Part shown: positions 16,436 through 29,744 of the stretch, one piece after another
Numbering within the stretch: position 1 is the first letter of the stretch
Layout of the letters: each line of letters starts with the position of its first letter
DNA from: an uncultured Candidatus Rokubacteria bacterium
GTDB lineage: Bacteria > Methylomirabilota > Methylomirabilia > Rokubacteriales > CSP1-6
Direction of reading: 5' to 3'
NCBI GenBank assembly: GCA_963762145.1
Contig: CAVXJS010000021.1
Span: 320,001 to 384,000, forward strand
DNA length: 64,000 nucleotides
The notes under the pieces: generated by a model
Database searches by the model: none
Told to the model about the DNA's origin: nothing
The model's input: the letters and a program-made list of their open reading frames with translations, nothing else
Program-made: the position numbers and the translations under genes

Positions 16436-17445
16436 CGCGGCGCGCTCTCCTCGTCCCGCTGCCGGGCAAAGATCATGCGACCGGCCGCGGTCTGGTAGAT
16501 CGTGGTCACGGTCACGTCCACCGTCTGGCCGATCAGGCGCTTGCCGTGCTCCACCACCACCATGGTGCCGTCGTCGAGATACGCGACGCCCTGGTTCGCT
16601 TCCTTGCCTTCCTTCACGATGTGGACGTGCAGCGGCTCGCCGGGCAGCACCACCGGCTTGAGCGCGTTGGCGAGCTCGTTGATGTTGAGCACCGCGACGC
16701 CCGAGAGCTCCGCCACCCGGTTCAGGTTGTAGTCGTTGGTGACGATCTTGCCACCGGTGGCCCGCGCCAGCTCGATCAGCTTGCGATCCACCTCCCGCAC
16801 CTGCGGGAAGTCCACCTCGTCGATGCGCACGCTGACCCGCGGGACGCGCTGCAGCCGCTGGAGCACGTCGAAGCCCCGCTTGCCGCGGTTGCGGCGGAGC
16901 GCGTCGGCCGAGTCCGCGATCTGCTGCAGCTCGCGCAGCACGAACTGGGGCACCAGGAGGGTGCCGGCCAGGAACCCGGTCTGGCAGACGTCCACGATGC
17001 GCCCGTCGATGATGACCGAGGTGTCCAGGATCTTGTCGCCCTCCTGGCGCCCCACCGCGGTCTTGGGGAAGAGCTTGACCGACATGTCTTCCAGGTCGTC
17101 GCGCTTGGCCAGCGTCACCATCGCGCCCAGGTAGCCCAGCAGCAGCGCGAAGAGCCCGCGCCCGAGCGCGCCAGCTCCCGGCACGACCGCCTCGACCGCG
17201 GTGCCCAGCCCCAGGCCGAGCACCACGCCCAGCATGGCGCCGGTGGCGCCCCAGAAGAGCCGGTCCACCGGGATGCGCCGGGCCTGCCACTCCAGCAGGA
17301 CGACGAGCACGCCGGCCAGCAGGCCGGCGCCGCCGAGGAACAGGTTGTAGGGCTGGTGCAGGTTGAGGGCGTGGGCCAGCGCGAAGCCGGCCGCGGTGGC
17401 CGCCATCAGGACCAGCGTCCGGACGATGAGCAGACCTATCTGCAT
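16432..17445 (-). CDS. Membrane-anchored PIN/TRAM domain protein (YacL family)
   Basis: N-terminal TM helices, KILDTSVIIDGRI (PIN), KEGKEANQGVAYLDDGTMVVVE (TRAM); radA-yacL-ispD synteny. Confidence 0.92.
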   Translation of the reverse strand: MQIGLLIVRTLVLMAATAAGFALAHALNLHQPYNLFLGGAGLLAGVLVVLLEWQARRIPVDRLFWGATGAMLGVVLGLGLGTAVEAVVPGAGALGRGLFALLLGYLGAMVTLAKRDDLEDMSVKLFPKTAVGRQEGDKILDTSVIIDGRIVDVCQTGFLAGTLLVPQFVLRELQQIADSADALRRNRGKRGFDVLQRLQRVPRVSVRIDEVDFPQVREVDRKLIELARATGGKIVTNDYNLNRVAELSGVAVLNINELANALKPVVLPGEPLHVHIVKEGKEANQGVAYLDDGTMVVVEHGKRLIGQTVDVTVTTIYQTAAGRMIFARQRDEESAPR

Positions 17446-17452
17446 CGCTCCC

Positions 17453-18820
17453 TCACGGTCCCAGCAGGACTTTCACGGCCTCGTCCACCGACCCCACGCC
17501 CTGCACGTCCAGGGGATAGCCCCCGCGATCCGTCAGGCTACTCTGGGGCACCACGGCCGCGGTGAAGCCCAGCGTTGCCGCTTCCTTGAGTCGTGTTTCG
17601 AGCCCGGTCACCGCCCGCACCTCTCCGGCCAGCCCGACCTCGCCGACCACCACCAGGTCACCCCGCAGTGGGCGGTCGAGATAGCTCGAGGCCGCCGCGA
17701 GCACCAGTCCCAGGTCGGCGGCGGGCTCGGACACCCGCGCGCCGCCGGCGACGTTGACGAAGGCGTCCTGCGATTGCAGGGGGAACCCCACGCGCTTCTC
17801 CAGCACCGCCAGCAGCAAGCATACGCGATTGTAGTCAGCACCCAGCACAGTACGACGCGGGGTGCCAAAGCCTGCCGGGGTGACCAGGGCCTGGATCTCG
17901 ACCAGGAGGGGGCGGGTCCCCTCCAGGCTGGCCACCACCACCGAGCCGGCGGCGTCCTTGGGGCGCTCGGCCAGGAAGAAGCCGGACGGATTCGGGACCT
18001 CGGCCAGGCCCCGCTCGCCCATCTCGAAGACCCCGATCTCATTGGTGGATCCGAACCGGTTCTTGACCCCCCGCAGCACTCGATACGAGTGGTGCTGCTC
18101 TCCCTCGAAGTACAGCACTGTGTCCACGAGGTGCTCGAGCACCCGGGGCCCGGCGATGGCCCCTTCCTTGGTCACGTGGCCGACCAGGAAGGTGGCGATC
18201 CCCCGCCCCTTGGCCAGGGCCATGAGCCGCGCCCCGCACTCCCGGACCTGGCTCACGCTGCCGGGGGCCGATTCGAGCCCGGGCAGGTACACGGTCTGGA
18301 TGGAGTCCACGATCAAGATCCTCGGCTGGATGGCGGCCACGTGGGCCTCGACCGTCACCAGATCGGTCTCGGCCACGAAGTAGAGCCCCGCGGGCGAGGG
18401 GCCGAGGCGATCGGCCCGCAGCTTCACCTGGCCGGCCGACTCCTCGCCCGAGACGTACAGGACCGGCCCCGCCCGCTCGGCCAGCATCCGGCTGACCTGC
18501 AGCAGGAGGGTGGACTTGCCGATGCCCGGGTCGCCGCCGATCAGGACCAGCGACCCGTTCACCACCCCGCCTCCCAGGACACGGTCCAGCTCCGCCATGC
18601 CGCTCGAGACCCGGTGCCCCCCGTCGCCTACGGAGATCTCGCGGATGGGCTGCGGCCGGCTCGAGGTCACCCCGGCGCGGGCGGGGCCGCGCGCGGGCGC
18701 GACCCGTTCCTCGACCAGCTGCACGTAGGCTCCTCCCCGCGCGCAGTCGGGGCAGGTGCCGGGCTTGGCCGCGGCGAGGCCGCACTCCTGGCAGCGATAC
18801 GTCGTCCGGTCGCGAGCCAT
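17453..18820 (-). CDS. radA: DNA repair protein RadA/Sms
   Basis: CQECG...CPDC zinc finger, GDPGIGKSTLL, KNRFG. Confidence 0.97.
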   Translation of the reverse strand: MARDRTTYRCQECGLAAAKPGTCPDCARGGAYVQLVEERVAPARGPARAGVTSSRPQPIREISVGDGGHRVSSGMAELDRVLGGGVVNGSLVLIGGDPGIGKSTLLLQVSRMLAERAGPVLYVSGEESAGQVKLRADRLGPSPAGLYFVAETDLVTVEAHVAAIQPRILIVDSIQTVYLPGLESAPGSVSQVRECGARLMALAKGRGIATFLVGHVTKEGAIAGPRVLEHLVDTVLYFEGEQHHSYRVLRGVKNRFGSTNEIGVFEMGERGLAEVPNPSGFFLAERPKDAAGSVVVASLEGTRPLLVEIQALVTPAGFGTPRRTVLGADYNRVCLLLAVLEKRVGFPLQSQDAFVNVAGGARVSEPAADLGLVLAAASSYLDRPLRGDLVVVGEVGLAGEVRAVTGLETRLKEAATLGFTAAVVPQSSLTDRGGYPLDVQGVGSVDEAVKVLLGP

Positions 18821-19974
18821 CAGCGTCCCCCGCTCCCGCCCGAGTTCCCGGCGGCGGCGCCGGACTCAATCGTCGAGCGGATCAGCGTCCGCAGCAGGAA
18901 GCTCCGCCGCGAGCCCTCCAGGAACTGCACGAGGTTCTCGTACACCGTCGGGTCCTCCAGGAGCGCGCCGACCGTGCCCTCGCCCTGCTTGAGCCGGTCG
19001 GTGACCGCGCGCAGATTGGCCATCGCAGCGCGGAAGTCGGCGGTGGCGTCGCCCAGCGAGCCCAGCGTGCCGTCGGTGCCGCCGTCGCGGGTGAGCTGGC
19101 CCAGCAGGCCCTGGCCCTGGGCCACCCGCTCCGAGACGTCTCGAAAGTTGTGCGCCACGACCCGCAGATCGTCGGCGATCGCCTTGTACTGCGGATCGTG
19201 GAGCAGGGCCGACAGGAGATTGTCGCGCGACTCGAGCTTGTCGGCGGTCCGCGCGATCGTGTCCATCGCGGCGAGCAGCGCGCGAACCGACTTGCCGCTG
19301 TCCGGCGAGAGCAGCACGCCCACCGCGTGGTCGTCCTGCTCGACCCGGGCCAGGAGCGCCTGAGTGCGGGTCAGGATCGCATTCAGCCTGGTCAGGGCCT
19401 GCGGCTCGTCGTAGATCAGCGCGTGGATCAGGCCCTTGCCCGTCTCCACCTCCCGGGCGATGCGATCCACCCGCTCCGCGGTGCCCTTGAGGCTGGAGGC
19501 GAGCTCGCGTACGGTCTGGAGCGTCTCCGCGCCGGCCTTGAACATCTGCTGCATCTCGACCGACTCCTGGGTGGTCAGGACGTCGCCCGGCTTGAGCGCG
19601 GGCGCCGCGGTGGTGCCGATGGTGATCTCCACGATCTTGTCCCCCAGGAGGCCCTGGGTGGAGATCTTGGCTTCCGAGTCGCGGCGCACCCGCTCCGAGA
19701 AGCGCCGCGCGATCGTGAGCGTCACCCGCACCTTGCCGCCCGGCTGCTCGGGCAGCTCGACCGCGGTGACGCGGCCGATCTGGACGCCGGCCAGCCGCAC
19801 GGTCGCGCCCTCGATCAGCCCGCTCACCTCGGTGAACTCGGCGACCAGGTCGTACTTGCGCTCGAAGTAGCGGCCCTGGGCTCCGAGCAGGTAGATGATC
19901 GCGAAGAACACGAGCAGGCCGGACAGGATGAAGGCCCCGATCCGGATCTGCAGGGCGACGCGGCCGTCGGCCAC
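18820..19974 (-). CDS. mlaD: MCE/MlaD family lipid transport protein with a long helical C-terminus
   Basis: N-terminal TM, GLIEGATVRLAGVQIGRV, ISTQGLLGDKIVEI. Confidence 0.88.
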   Translation of the reverse strand: MADGRVALQIRIGAFILSGLLVFFAIIYLLGAQGRYFERKYDLVAEFTEVSGLIEGATVRLAGVQIGRVTAVELPEQPGGKVRVTLTIARRFSERVRRDSEAKISTQGLLGDKIVEITIGTTAAPALKPGDVLTTQESVEMQQMFKAGAETLQTVRELASSLKGTAERVDRIAREVETGKGLIHALIYDEPQALTRLNAILTRTQALLARVEQDDHAVGVLLSPDSGKSVRALLAAMDTIARTADKLESRDNLLSALLHDPQYKAIADDLRVVAHNFRDVSERVAQGQGLLGQLTRDGGTDGTLGSLGDATADFRAAMANLRAVTDRLKQGEGTVGALLEDPTVYENLVQFLEGSRRSFLLRTLIRSTIESGAAAGNSGGSGGR

Positions 19975-19977
19975 GAC

Positions 19978-20748
19978 TCAGATCTCCCGCAGCTCGCCGG
20001 CCAGGAACCGGCGCACGTCCGGGTTGGCGGAGCGGTGGATCTCGGCGGGCGTGCCCTGGTCGGCGAAGTGGCCCTGCATCAGGATCGCCATCTGGTCGGC
20101 CACCAGCTCGGCGAACTCCACGTCGTGGGTCACCACGATCGCGGTATCGCACACCCCGGTGCGGAGCTGGGCGATGAGCGCGGCCACCAGCTTCGCGTTG
20201 GTGGGATCGAGCCCGGCGGTGGGCTCGTCGAAGAAGACCACCTCCGGCTCCACGATCAGGGCCCGCGCGATGCCCACCCGCTTGCGCATGCCGCCGCTCA
20301 GCTCGGCGGGCAACAGGTCGTCGGTGTCGGGCAGCCCGACCAGGTCGAGGAAGTGGTGCACGCGCTCCGTGATCTCCCCGAGGGACAGGCGGGTGTGCTC
20401 GCGCAGCGGGAAGGCCACGTTCTCGAAGACGGTGAGCGAGTCGAAGAGGGCCGCCCCCTGGAACACGAACCCGCTGCGGCGGCGGAGCGGGAGCATGGCC
20501 TCCTCGCTCATCCGGTCGATGCGGGTGCCGAAGACGCGCACCTCTCCCGAGTCGGGTTGCGCGAGGCCCGAGGCGATGCGCAGGAGCACCGTCTTGCCGC
20601 TGCCACTGCCGCCCATCACCGCGAGGATCGTCCCCTTCGGCAGGGCAAAGCTCACCCCACGCAGGACCTGGTTGTCTCCGAACGACTTCCAGACCTCCCG
20701 GACCTCGACAAGCGGCGGAGCTGGGATGAGCGGCTGGCCGGGTGTCAT
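19978..20748 (-). CDS. mlaF: MlaF-like ABC ATPase
   Basis: GGSGSGKT, VFQGAALFDSLTVFENVAFPL, ELSGGMRKRVGIARA, DEPTAGLDP. Confidence 0.9.
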   Translation of the reverse strand: MTPGQPLIPAPPLVEVREVWKSFGDNQVLRGVSFALPKGTILAVMGGSGSGKTVLLRIASGLAQPDSGEVRVFGTRIDRMSEEAMLPLRRRSGFVFQGAALFDSLTVFENVAFPLREHTRLSLGEITERVHHFLDLVGLPDTDDLLPAELSGGMRKRVGIARALIVEPEVVFFDEPTAGLDPTNAKLVAALIAQLRTGVCDTAIVVTHDVEFAELVADQMAILMQGHFADQGTPAEIHRSANPDVRRFLAGELREI

Positions 20749-20752
20749 CGGC

Positions 20753-21532
20753 TCACCAGTACATGAACAGGAAGAGCCGCGTGATGAAGAAGTCCGAGAT
20801 GATCACGCCCATGGCCACCTGCACCACCGTCGCGGTGGTCGAGCGGCCGAGCCCCTCGGTGCCTCCCTCGGTGGCCAGGCCGTTGTAGCAGCCGATCAGG
20901 GTGACGAGCCCGCCGAAGACGAAGCTCTTGCCGAGACCGGTGAGGAAGTCCTTGAGGACGACCCAGTAGGCGATGGTGTTCCAGTAGAGATACGGGTCCA
21001 CGCCGCGGTCGAACACGGCGATCAGCATACCCCCGAGCAGGCCCATTCCGTCCGCGAGGATCGTGACGAGCGGAAAGACCAGGAGGGCGGCCATGAGCCG
21101 GGGGACGATCAGCCGCTTGACGTAGTTCACGCCGAGCGCGCGGAGGGCATCGATCTGCTCGGTGACCTTCATGGAGCCGAGCTCCGCGGTGATGCCCGAG
21201 GCCACCTTGCCGCCCACCAGGATGGCGGTCAGCACGGGTCCCAGCTCGCGCAGGATGGAGAGCGCGACCACCGGGCCCACGTAGTTCTCGGCCCCGAAGC
21301 GGGCCATGTTCACCGCGGTCTGCAGGGCGAGCACCATGCCGGTGAAGAGCGCCGCGGTCAGCGCGACCACGAGCGAGCGCACGCCGATGATGTCGATCTC
21401 GCGGGCGACCAGCCAGAAGTAAGACGGCGGGAGGGTCAGGTTGCGGGCCACGCGCATGCCGAGCAGCGCGAGGCCGCCGTACCACAGGGCGGTCTCGCGT
21501 AGGTGGTAGCGCAGGTCCCGGGTCGCGATCAC
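20753..21532 (-). CDS. mlaE: MlaE family permease
   Basis: LRELGPVLTAILVGGKVASGITAELGSMKVTEQIDAL. Confidence 0.92.
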   Translation of the reverse strand: MIATRDLRYHLRETALWYGGLALLGMRVARNLTLPPSYFWLVAREIDIIGVRSLVVALTAALFTGMVLALQTAVNMARFGAENYVGPVVALSILRELGPVLTAILVGGKVASGITAELGSMKVTEQIDALRALGVNYVKRLIVPRLMAALLVFPLVTILADGMGLLGGMLIAVFDRGVDPYLYWNTIAYWVVLKDFLTGLGKSFVFGGLVTLIGCYNGLATEGGTEGLGRSTTATVVQVAMGVIISDFFITRLFLFMYW

Positions 21533-22041
21533 CGCCGAGGCTCCAGCGTGAAGCTCTCGACCAGCGCCCGGAACGCGGGCCGCCCGTCGTCGAAGGCCTC
21601 GCTCGGAGCCACGTAGAGGAAGTCGTGGACGCACGGCTCCGCGCGCATCACGAAGGCCTCCACCGTGACCGGCCGCCCTTCCGCCAGGCCGCGGACCACC
21701 GAGTGGGCCGCCTCGCGGCCGTCCACGCGGGCGGTGCCGTTCTCCAGCACGTCGCGCCGGGTGAGCCCGAAGGTCAGATGCCGCGCGAGCACGTCGAGGG
21801 GACGGGTGGACTCGCGTCCGCTGCAGGTCGCGTCCACGACCATGCCGCCCCCTCGCGCCTCCGCGCGCAGGGCGAGGTCGGCCCGCTGGCCGGCCTCCAC
21901 AGCCCAGCCCGCGGACGGCAGCGTTACGCGATACCCCTTGGCCGAGTAGAACATGCCGTTCTCGATCCGCCCCGTCGCGGTCGCGCAGCCCTCGAGCAGG
22001 ACGAGGGCGACCAGGACGCGCGCGATGGCGTGGCCGGTCAC
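21529..22041 (-). CDS. Hypothetical lipoprotein (about 170 aa)
   Basis: GTG start overlaps the hisIE stop; signal peptide ends in lipobox LEGC; its stop overlaps the mlaE start. Confidence 0.75.
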   Translation of the reverse strand: MTGHAIARVLVALVLLEGCATATGRIENGMFYSAKGYRVTLPSAGWAVEAGQRADLALRAEARGGGMVVDATCSGRESTRPLDVLARHLTFGLTRRDVLENGTARVDGREAAHSVVRGLAEGRPVTVEAFVMRAEPCVHDFLYVAPSEAFDDGRPAFRALVESFTLEPRR

Positions 22042-22687
22042 GTGTCCTTCTTGTCCGGCTGGTGTCGGCGCGCGAGCTCCTGGAAGACGCGGCGGAGCGG
22101 AATGCCGCGGGCGGTCAGCAGGACCATGGTGTGGAACCAGAGATCCGCGACCTCGGAGACCACGCGCTCGTCCCCTTCGCCGCCCAGGGCCGCGGTCATC
22201 ACCTCGGCGGCCTCCTCGCCGATCTTCCGGCAGATCTGGGGCTGCCCCTTCTCGAACAGGGTCGCCACGTAGGAGCCGGGGGCCGGCGCCACCTTCCGCG
22301 ACTCGAGCACCCGCTCGAGGACCTCCAGCATCGCGGGGCCTGCCGCGCCGGCCGCGGGCGCGGCCACCCCGCCGTCGAGACGGGTGAAGAAGCAGCTCCG
22401 CGCTCCGGTGTGGCACGCCACGCCGTCCTGGTGCACCTGGACCAGCAGCGTGTCCCGGTCGCAATCAGCAAAGAGGCCGTCCACGTGCTGGGTGTGACCC
22501 GACGTCTCGCCCTTGCGCCAGAGCGCGTTGCGGGAGCGCGACCAGAAATGGGTGAGGCCCGTGCGCCGCGTCTCCTCGAGCGACGCGGGGCTCATCCACG
22601 CGACCATGAGGAGCTGGCCGGTCTCGGTATCCTGGACCACCGCCGGGATCAGCCCCTGTGCGTCCCACCTGAGATCGTCCGTCGGGC

Positions 22688-22691
<4 letters not shown>
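22038..22691 (-). CDS. hisIE: Bifunctional PR-AMP cyclohydrolase / PR-ATP diphosphatase
   Basis: [46 protein letters not shown]. Confidence 0.95.
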
Positions 22692-23497
<806 letters not shown>

Positions 23498-23503
23498 GGC
23501 CGT

Positions 23504-24223
23504 CTACCGCACCGCGGCCAGCGCGGCGCCCAGGTCCACCGCGCCGCTGTAGAGGGCGCGCCCCACGATGACGCCGGCCAGCTCCGGGACCGTCGCGAGC
23601 TGCCGGATGTCGTCGAGCGAGCCGACCCCCCCGGAGGCGAAGACATCGATGCCCGCCGCCTTGGCCACCGCCTCGGTGCTCCAGAGGTTGGGGCCGGTCT
23701 GGGTGCCATCGCGCGCGATGTCGGTATAGATGATGCCGGACGCTCCTGCCGCCGCCGCGTCGCGCGCCAGGGCGATGGCGTCGAGATCCAGCACGCGCGT
23801 CCAGCCGTCCACCGCGACGCGTCCGTCGGAGGCGTCGATGCCGACGATCACCTGCTCGCCGAAGCGCTCGCACACCTCGCCCAGGAACGCGGGGTCGAGC
23901 GCGGCGCGCGTGCCCACGATGGCCCAGCGCGCGCCCGCCTCCAGCACCGCCTCCACGTGGGCGATCTCGCGCAGGCCGCCGCCCACCTGCACCGGGATGC
24001 GCACCGCCGCGATCATGGCGCGCACGAGCTCGGTCTGGGCCGGGCGGCCCGCGAAGGCCCCGTCCAGATCCACCACGTGCAGCCGCCGCGCGCGCGCGTC
24101 CTGCCAGCGGCGGGCCGTCGCCACCGGATCGTCGGAGAAGACGGTCTCGGCGTCGGCCCGGCCCTGGAGCAGGCGCACGCATCGGCCCGCCTTCAGATCC
24201 ACCGCCGGCACGATCTCGAACAT
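23504..24223 (-). CDS. hisA: ProFAR isomerase
   Basis: PAVDLKAGRCVRLLQG, LHVVDLDGA, YTDIARDG. Confidence 0.96.
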   Translation of the reverse strand: MFEIVPAVDLKAGRCVRLLQGRADAETVFSDDPVATARRWQDARARRLHVVDLDGAFAGRPAQTELVRAMIAAVRIPVQVGGGLREIAHVEAVLEAGARWAIVGTRAALDPAFLGEVCERFGEQVIVGIDASDGRVAVDGWTRVLDLDAIALARDAAAAGASGIIYTDIARDGTQTGPNLWSTEAVAKAAGIDVFASGGVGSLDDIRQLATVPELAGVIVGRALYSGAVDLGAALAAVR

Positions 24224-24268
24224 GGGATTGTTAACTACCTACCATTCCGCGCTCGGTTTCATGATCTC

Positions 24269-24294
24269 CTCGGCTCGCCTTCGGCTGCACCTCG
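24269..24294. repeat. GEPS element, copy 2 (hisH-hisA spacer)
   Basis: CTCGGCTCGCCTTCGGCTGCACCTCG identical to 23076-23101. Confidence 0.85.
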
Positions 24295-24316
24295 GCAAAC
24301 TCGATCACGCTCATGT

Positions 24317-24931
24317 CTATCTTGCATCGCGGACGATGGCCGCGAAGTTCTCCAGCATGCGGATGCCCCAGCGCTGGCTCTTCTCGGGGTGGAACTGCGT
24401 CGCGTACAGGGTCCCGCGCGCGACGGCGGCCGGGAACGTGAGCCCGTAGGTGCAGGTCGCCACCCGGAGGGTCGTGTCGGCGGTCTCCGGGTAATAGGAG
24501 TGAACGAAGTAGAAGTGCGCCCCGCTCGGAATCCCGTCGAAGAGCGCGAGGTCGCCCTGGTGCGCGACCTGGTTCCAGCCCATGTGCGGCACCTTGAGGC
24601 CGCCCGGGAAGCGGCGCACCGCCCCCGGGATGACGTCGAGGCCCTTGCCCTGGCCGAACTCCTCGCTCTCCGAGAACAGGAGCTGGTAGCCCAGGCAGAT
24701 CCCGAAGAAGGGCCGCTCGCTCTCGAAGCAGGCGCGGAGCGGGGCGATCAGCCCCAGGGCCTGAAGGCTGCCCATCGCGTCGTGAAAGGCCCCGTCGCCG
24801 GGCAGGACCACCGCCTCCGCGTCGTCCACCACCTTCGGGTCCTGGGTGACGACCGCGGGCATGCCGATCCGCGCGAAGGCTTTCTCCACGCTGCCGAGAT
24901 TGCCCCGCCCGTAGTCGACGATGGCGATCAC
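24317..24931 (-). CDS. hisH: Imidazole glycerol phosphate synthase glutaminase subunit
   Basis: IVDYGRGNLGSV, GICLGYQ, PHMGWN, YFVHSY, QFHPEKS. Confidence 0.96.
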   Translation of the reverse strand: MIAIVDYGRGNLGSVEKAFARIGMPAVVTQDPKVVDDAEAVVLPGDGAFHDAMGSLQALGLIAPLRACFESERPFFGICLGYQLLFSESEEFGQGKGLDVIPGAVRRFPGGLKVPHMGWNQVAHQGDLALFDGIPSGAHFYFVHSYYPETADTTLRVATCTYGLTFPAAVARGTLYATQFHPEKSQRWGIRMLENFAAIVRDAR

Positions 24932-25535
24932 AAGGTGCCTTTGGTCGAGAGGATGCCGGTGATCCGCGGATTGAGGCGGGTGGCCTCGGCGAGCGCGCGG
25001 CCGGCTGCCTTGAAGGTGGCCTCCGCGATGTGGTGGAGGTTCTCGCCGTAGTGCATGTTGAGGTGCAGGGTGATCTCCGCGTTCACCGCCACCGCGCGGA
25101 AGAAGTCCTTGAGCAGGTCGAGATCGAAGTTGGCGATCCGCGTGCGCTGGAGCGGCACGTTGAAGACGAGATAGGGCCGCCCCGAGATGTCCACCGCGGC
25201 GTGCAGCAGCGCCTCGTCCATGGGCAGGAACGAGGCCCCGTAGCGGACGATGCCCTTCTTGTCGCCGACCGCCTCGCGGAGCGCCTTGCCCAGGCAGATC
25301 CCCACGTCCTCCACGGTGTGGTGGAGATCCACGTCGAGATCGCCCTTGGCGTCCACCGCGAGATCCATCAGCGCGTGCTTCGACCACGCCTCGAGCATGT
25401 GGTTGAAGAAGGGAATGCCGGTGTCGACCTTGGCGGCGCCGGTGCCGTCCAGGTTGAGCGTGAGGACGATCTGCGTCTCCTTCGTGTTGCGCTCGATCCG
25501 GCTCTGCCGCGGCACCGCCGGCTCCGTCTTCCCCG

Positions 25536-25539
<4 letters not shown>
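24928..25539 (-). CDS. hisB: Imidazoleglycerol-phosphate dehydratase
   Basis: [39 protein letters not shown]. Confidence 0.96.
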
Positions 25540-26842
<1,303 letters not shown>

Positions 26843-26846
<4 letters not shown>

Positions 26847-27558
26847 TTCTTGTATTCGCTCGGCTCGATCTTCGAGACCGGCGGCTCGCCTGCGGCTGCG
26901 CCGCCTACACCCACGGCTGCGCCTCGCCCGGCAACTGCCTCCCGCATCGCGCCGACGAGCTGGTTCACCCGTGCGTGCTGGGTCTTGAGCGACGCCCGGT
27001 TGACGATGAGGCGCGCGGTGGAGGTCAGGATCTCGGCCACCTCCACGAGGCCGTTCGCCCGCAGCGTCTCGCCGGACTGCACGAGGTCCACGATGCGCTC
27101 GGCCAGGCCGACCAGCGGCGCCAGCTCGATGGAGCCGTCGAGCTTCACCATCTCGACCTGGATGCCGCGCTCCGAGAAGTACTCCTCGGTCAGGCGCGGA
27201 TACTTGGTCGCCACCCGCACCCAGGACCACTTGGCCGGGTCGTCGCGCTCCCACAGCTCGCGGGGCTCGGCGACGACCAGGCGGCAGAAGCCGAAGCCCA
27301 GGTCCACCGGCTCGTACACGTCCGGCTGCTGCTCGAGCAGGATGTCCTTGCCCACGATGCCGAGATCGGCGGCGCCGTACTCCACGTAGGTCGGGATGTC
27401 GGCCGGCTTGAGCAGGATGAAGCGCAGCCCGGCCGCCTCGTCGGTCAGCAGGAGCCGGCGCGAGTCGGGCTCGAAGCCCCGGATGCCCATGCCCGCGAGC
27501 AGGGCCAGCGCGGGGTCCAGCAGGCGACCCTTGGGCAGCGCGAGCGTCAGCGGCGTCG

Positions 27559-27562
<4 letters not shown>
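26843..27562 (-). CDS. hisG: ATP phosphoribosyltransferase, short (HisZ-dependent) form, with a repeat-derived C-terminal tail
   Basis: [49 protein letters not shown]; no C-terminal regulatory domain. Confidence 0.95.
26852..26927. repeat. GEPS element, copy 3 (expanded; encodes the HisG tail)
   Basis: Removing two 21-nt inserts gives GTATTCGCTCGGCTCGCCTGCGGCTGCGCCTCGC, 2 mismatches from copy 1. Confidence 0.8.
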
Positions 27563-28814
<1,252 letters not shown>

Positions 28815-28815
<1 letters not shown>

Positions 28816-29744
28816 CAGCAGCCCTCCCGGCGCGCGGCACCGGAGGCGCAGATCCTGAGCGAGGTCCGCGTGTCCTCCCAGCGCCCGCCGATGTACCGCT
28901 CCACGCCGTTCAGGTCCCGCCGGGCCCGGATGCCGGAGAACCCCTCGGCGGCCATGAGCGAGGCGAGCGGGCCCGCCTGGTCCTCGCCGATCTCCATCAG
29001 CAGCCACCCGCCCGGCTTCAGCACCGGGGGCGCGCCCACCACGATGCGGCGGAGCACGCCGAGGCCGTCCGGGCCGCCGTCCAGCGCCGCGCGCGGCTCG
29101 TGACGCGAGACCTCCGGCGGCAGCGACGAGATCTGCGCGCTCGGCAGATACGGCGGGTTCGCCACCACCAGGTCGAGGCTCGCGGAGAGCGAGCCGAGCG
29201 GCGCGAAGAGGTCCCCTGCGAGGAGCCGGACGCGCTCGTAGAGCCCGAGCGCGCGCACGTTGCGAGACGCGACGGCGAGCGCGCCCCCGGCCAGCTCGAC
29301 GGCCAGCACCTCGGCGCGGGGCAGCGCGGCCGCGAGCGCGCAGGCGATGGCGCCGCTGCCGGTTCCCAGGTCGGCGATCACCGGATCCGGGCAGCCCGCG
29401 AGCGCTTCGAGCGCCCATTCCACGAGGCCCTCGGTCTCCGGCCGTGGCACCAGCACGTCGGGGGTGACGGCCAGGCGCAGGCCGTGGAAATCCTCCCAGC
29501 CGAGCAGGTACTGGAGCGGCTCGCGGCGCTCGCGGCGCTCGATCAGCTGCCGGTAGCGGACCGCTTCCGCCTCGGTCAGCCGGCGCGCCGGCTCGAGATA
29601 GAGGGCGAAGCGCTCGATGCCCAGGAGCCCGGCCAGCAGCCACTCGGCCTCGGGGCGCGCGGGCCCGACCCCGGCCTCCTCGAGCGCGGCGGCCGCGCGC
29701 CCCAGCAGCCCGGGGACGGTCGAATCGGCGGCGACCTCGATCAC
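28815..29744 (-). CDS. prmC: Release factor glutamine methyltransferase
   Basis: [29 protein letters not shown]. Confidence 0.95.

Noticed and set aside
26852-26927. Mini-CRISPR interpretation of the repeat-filler-repeat pattern
   Set aside because: The repeats are only 7-10 bp and differ between the two units, there is no array, and no cas genes are present.
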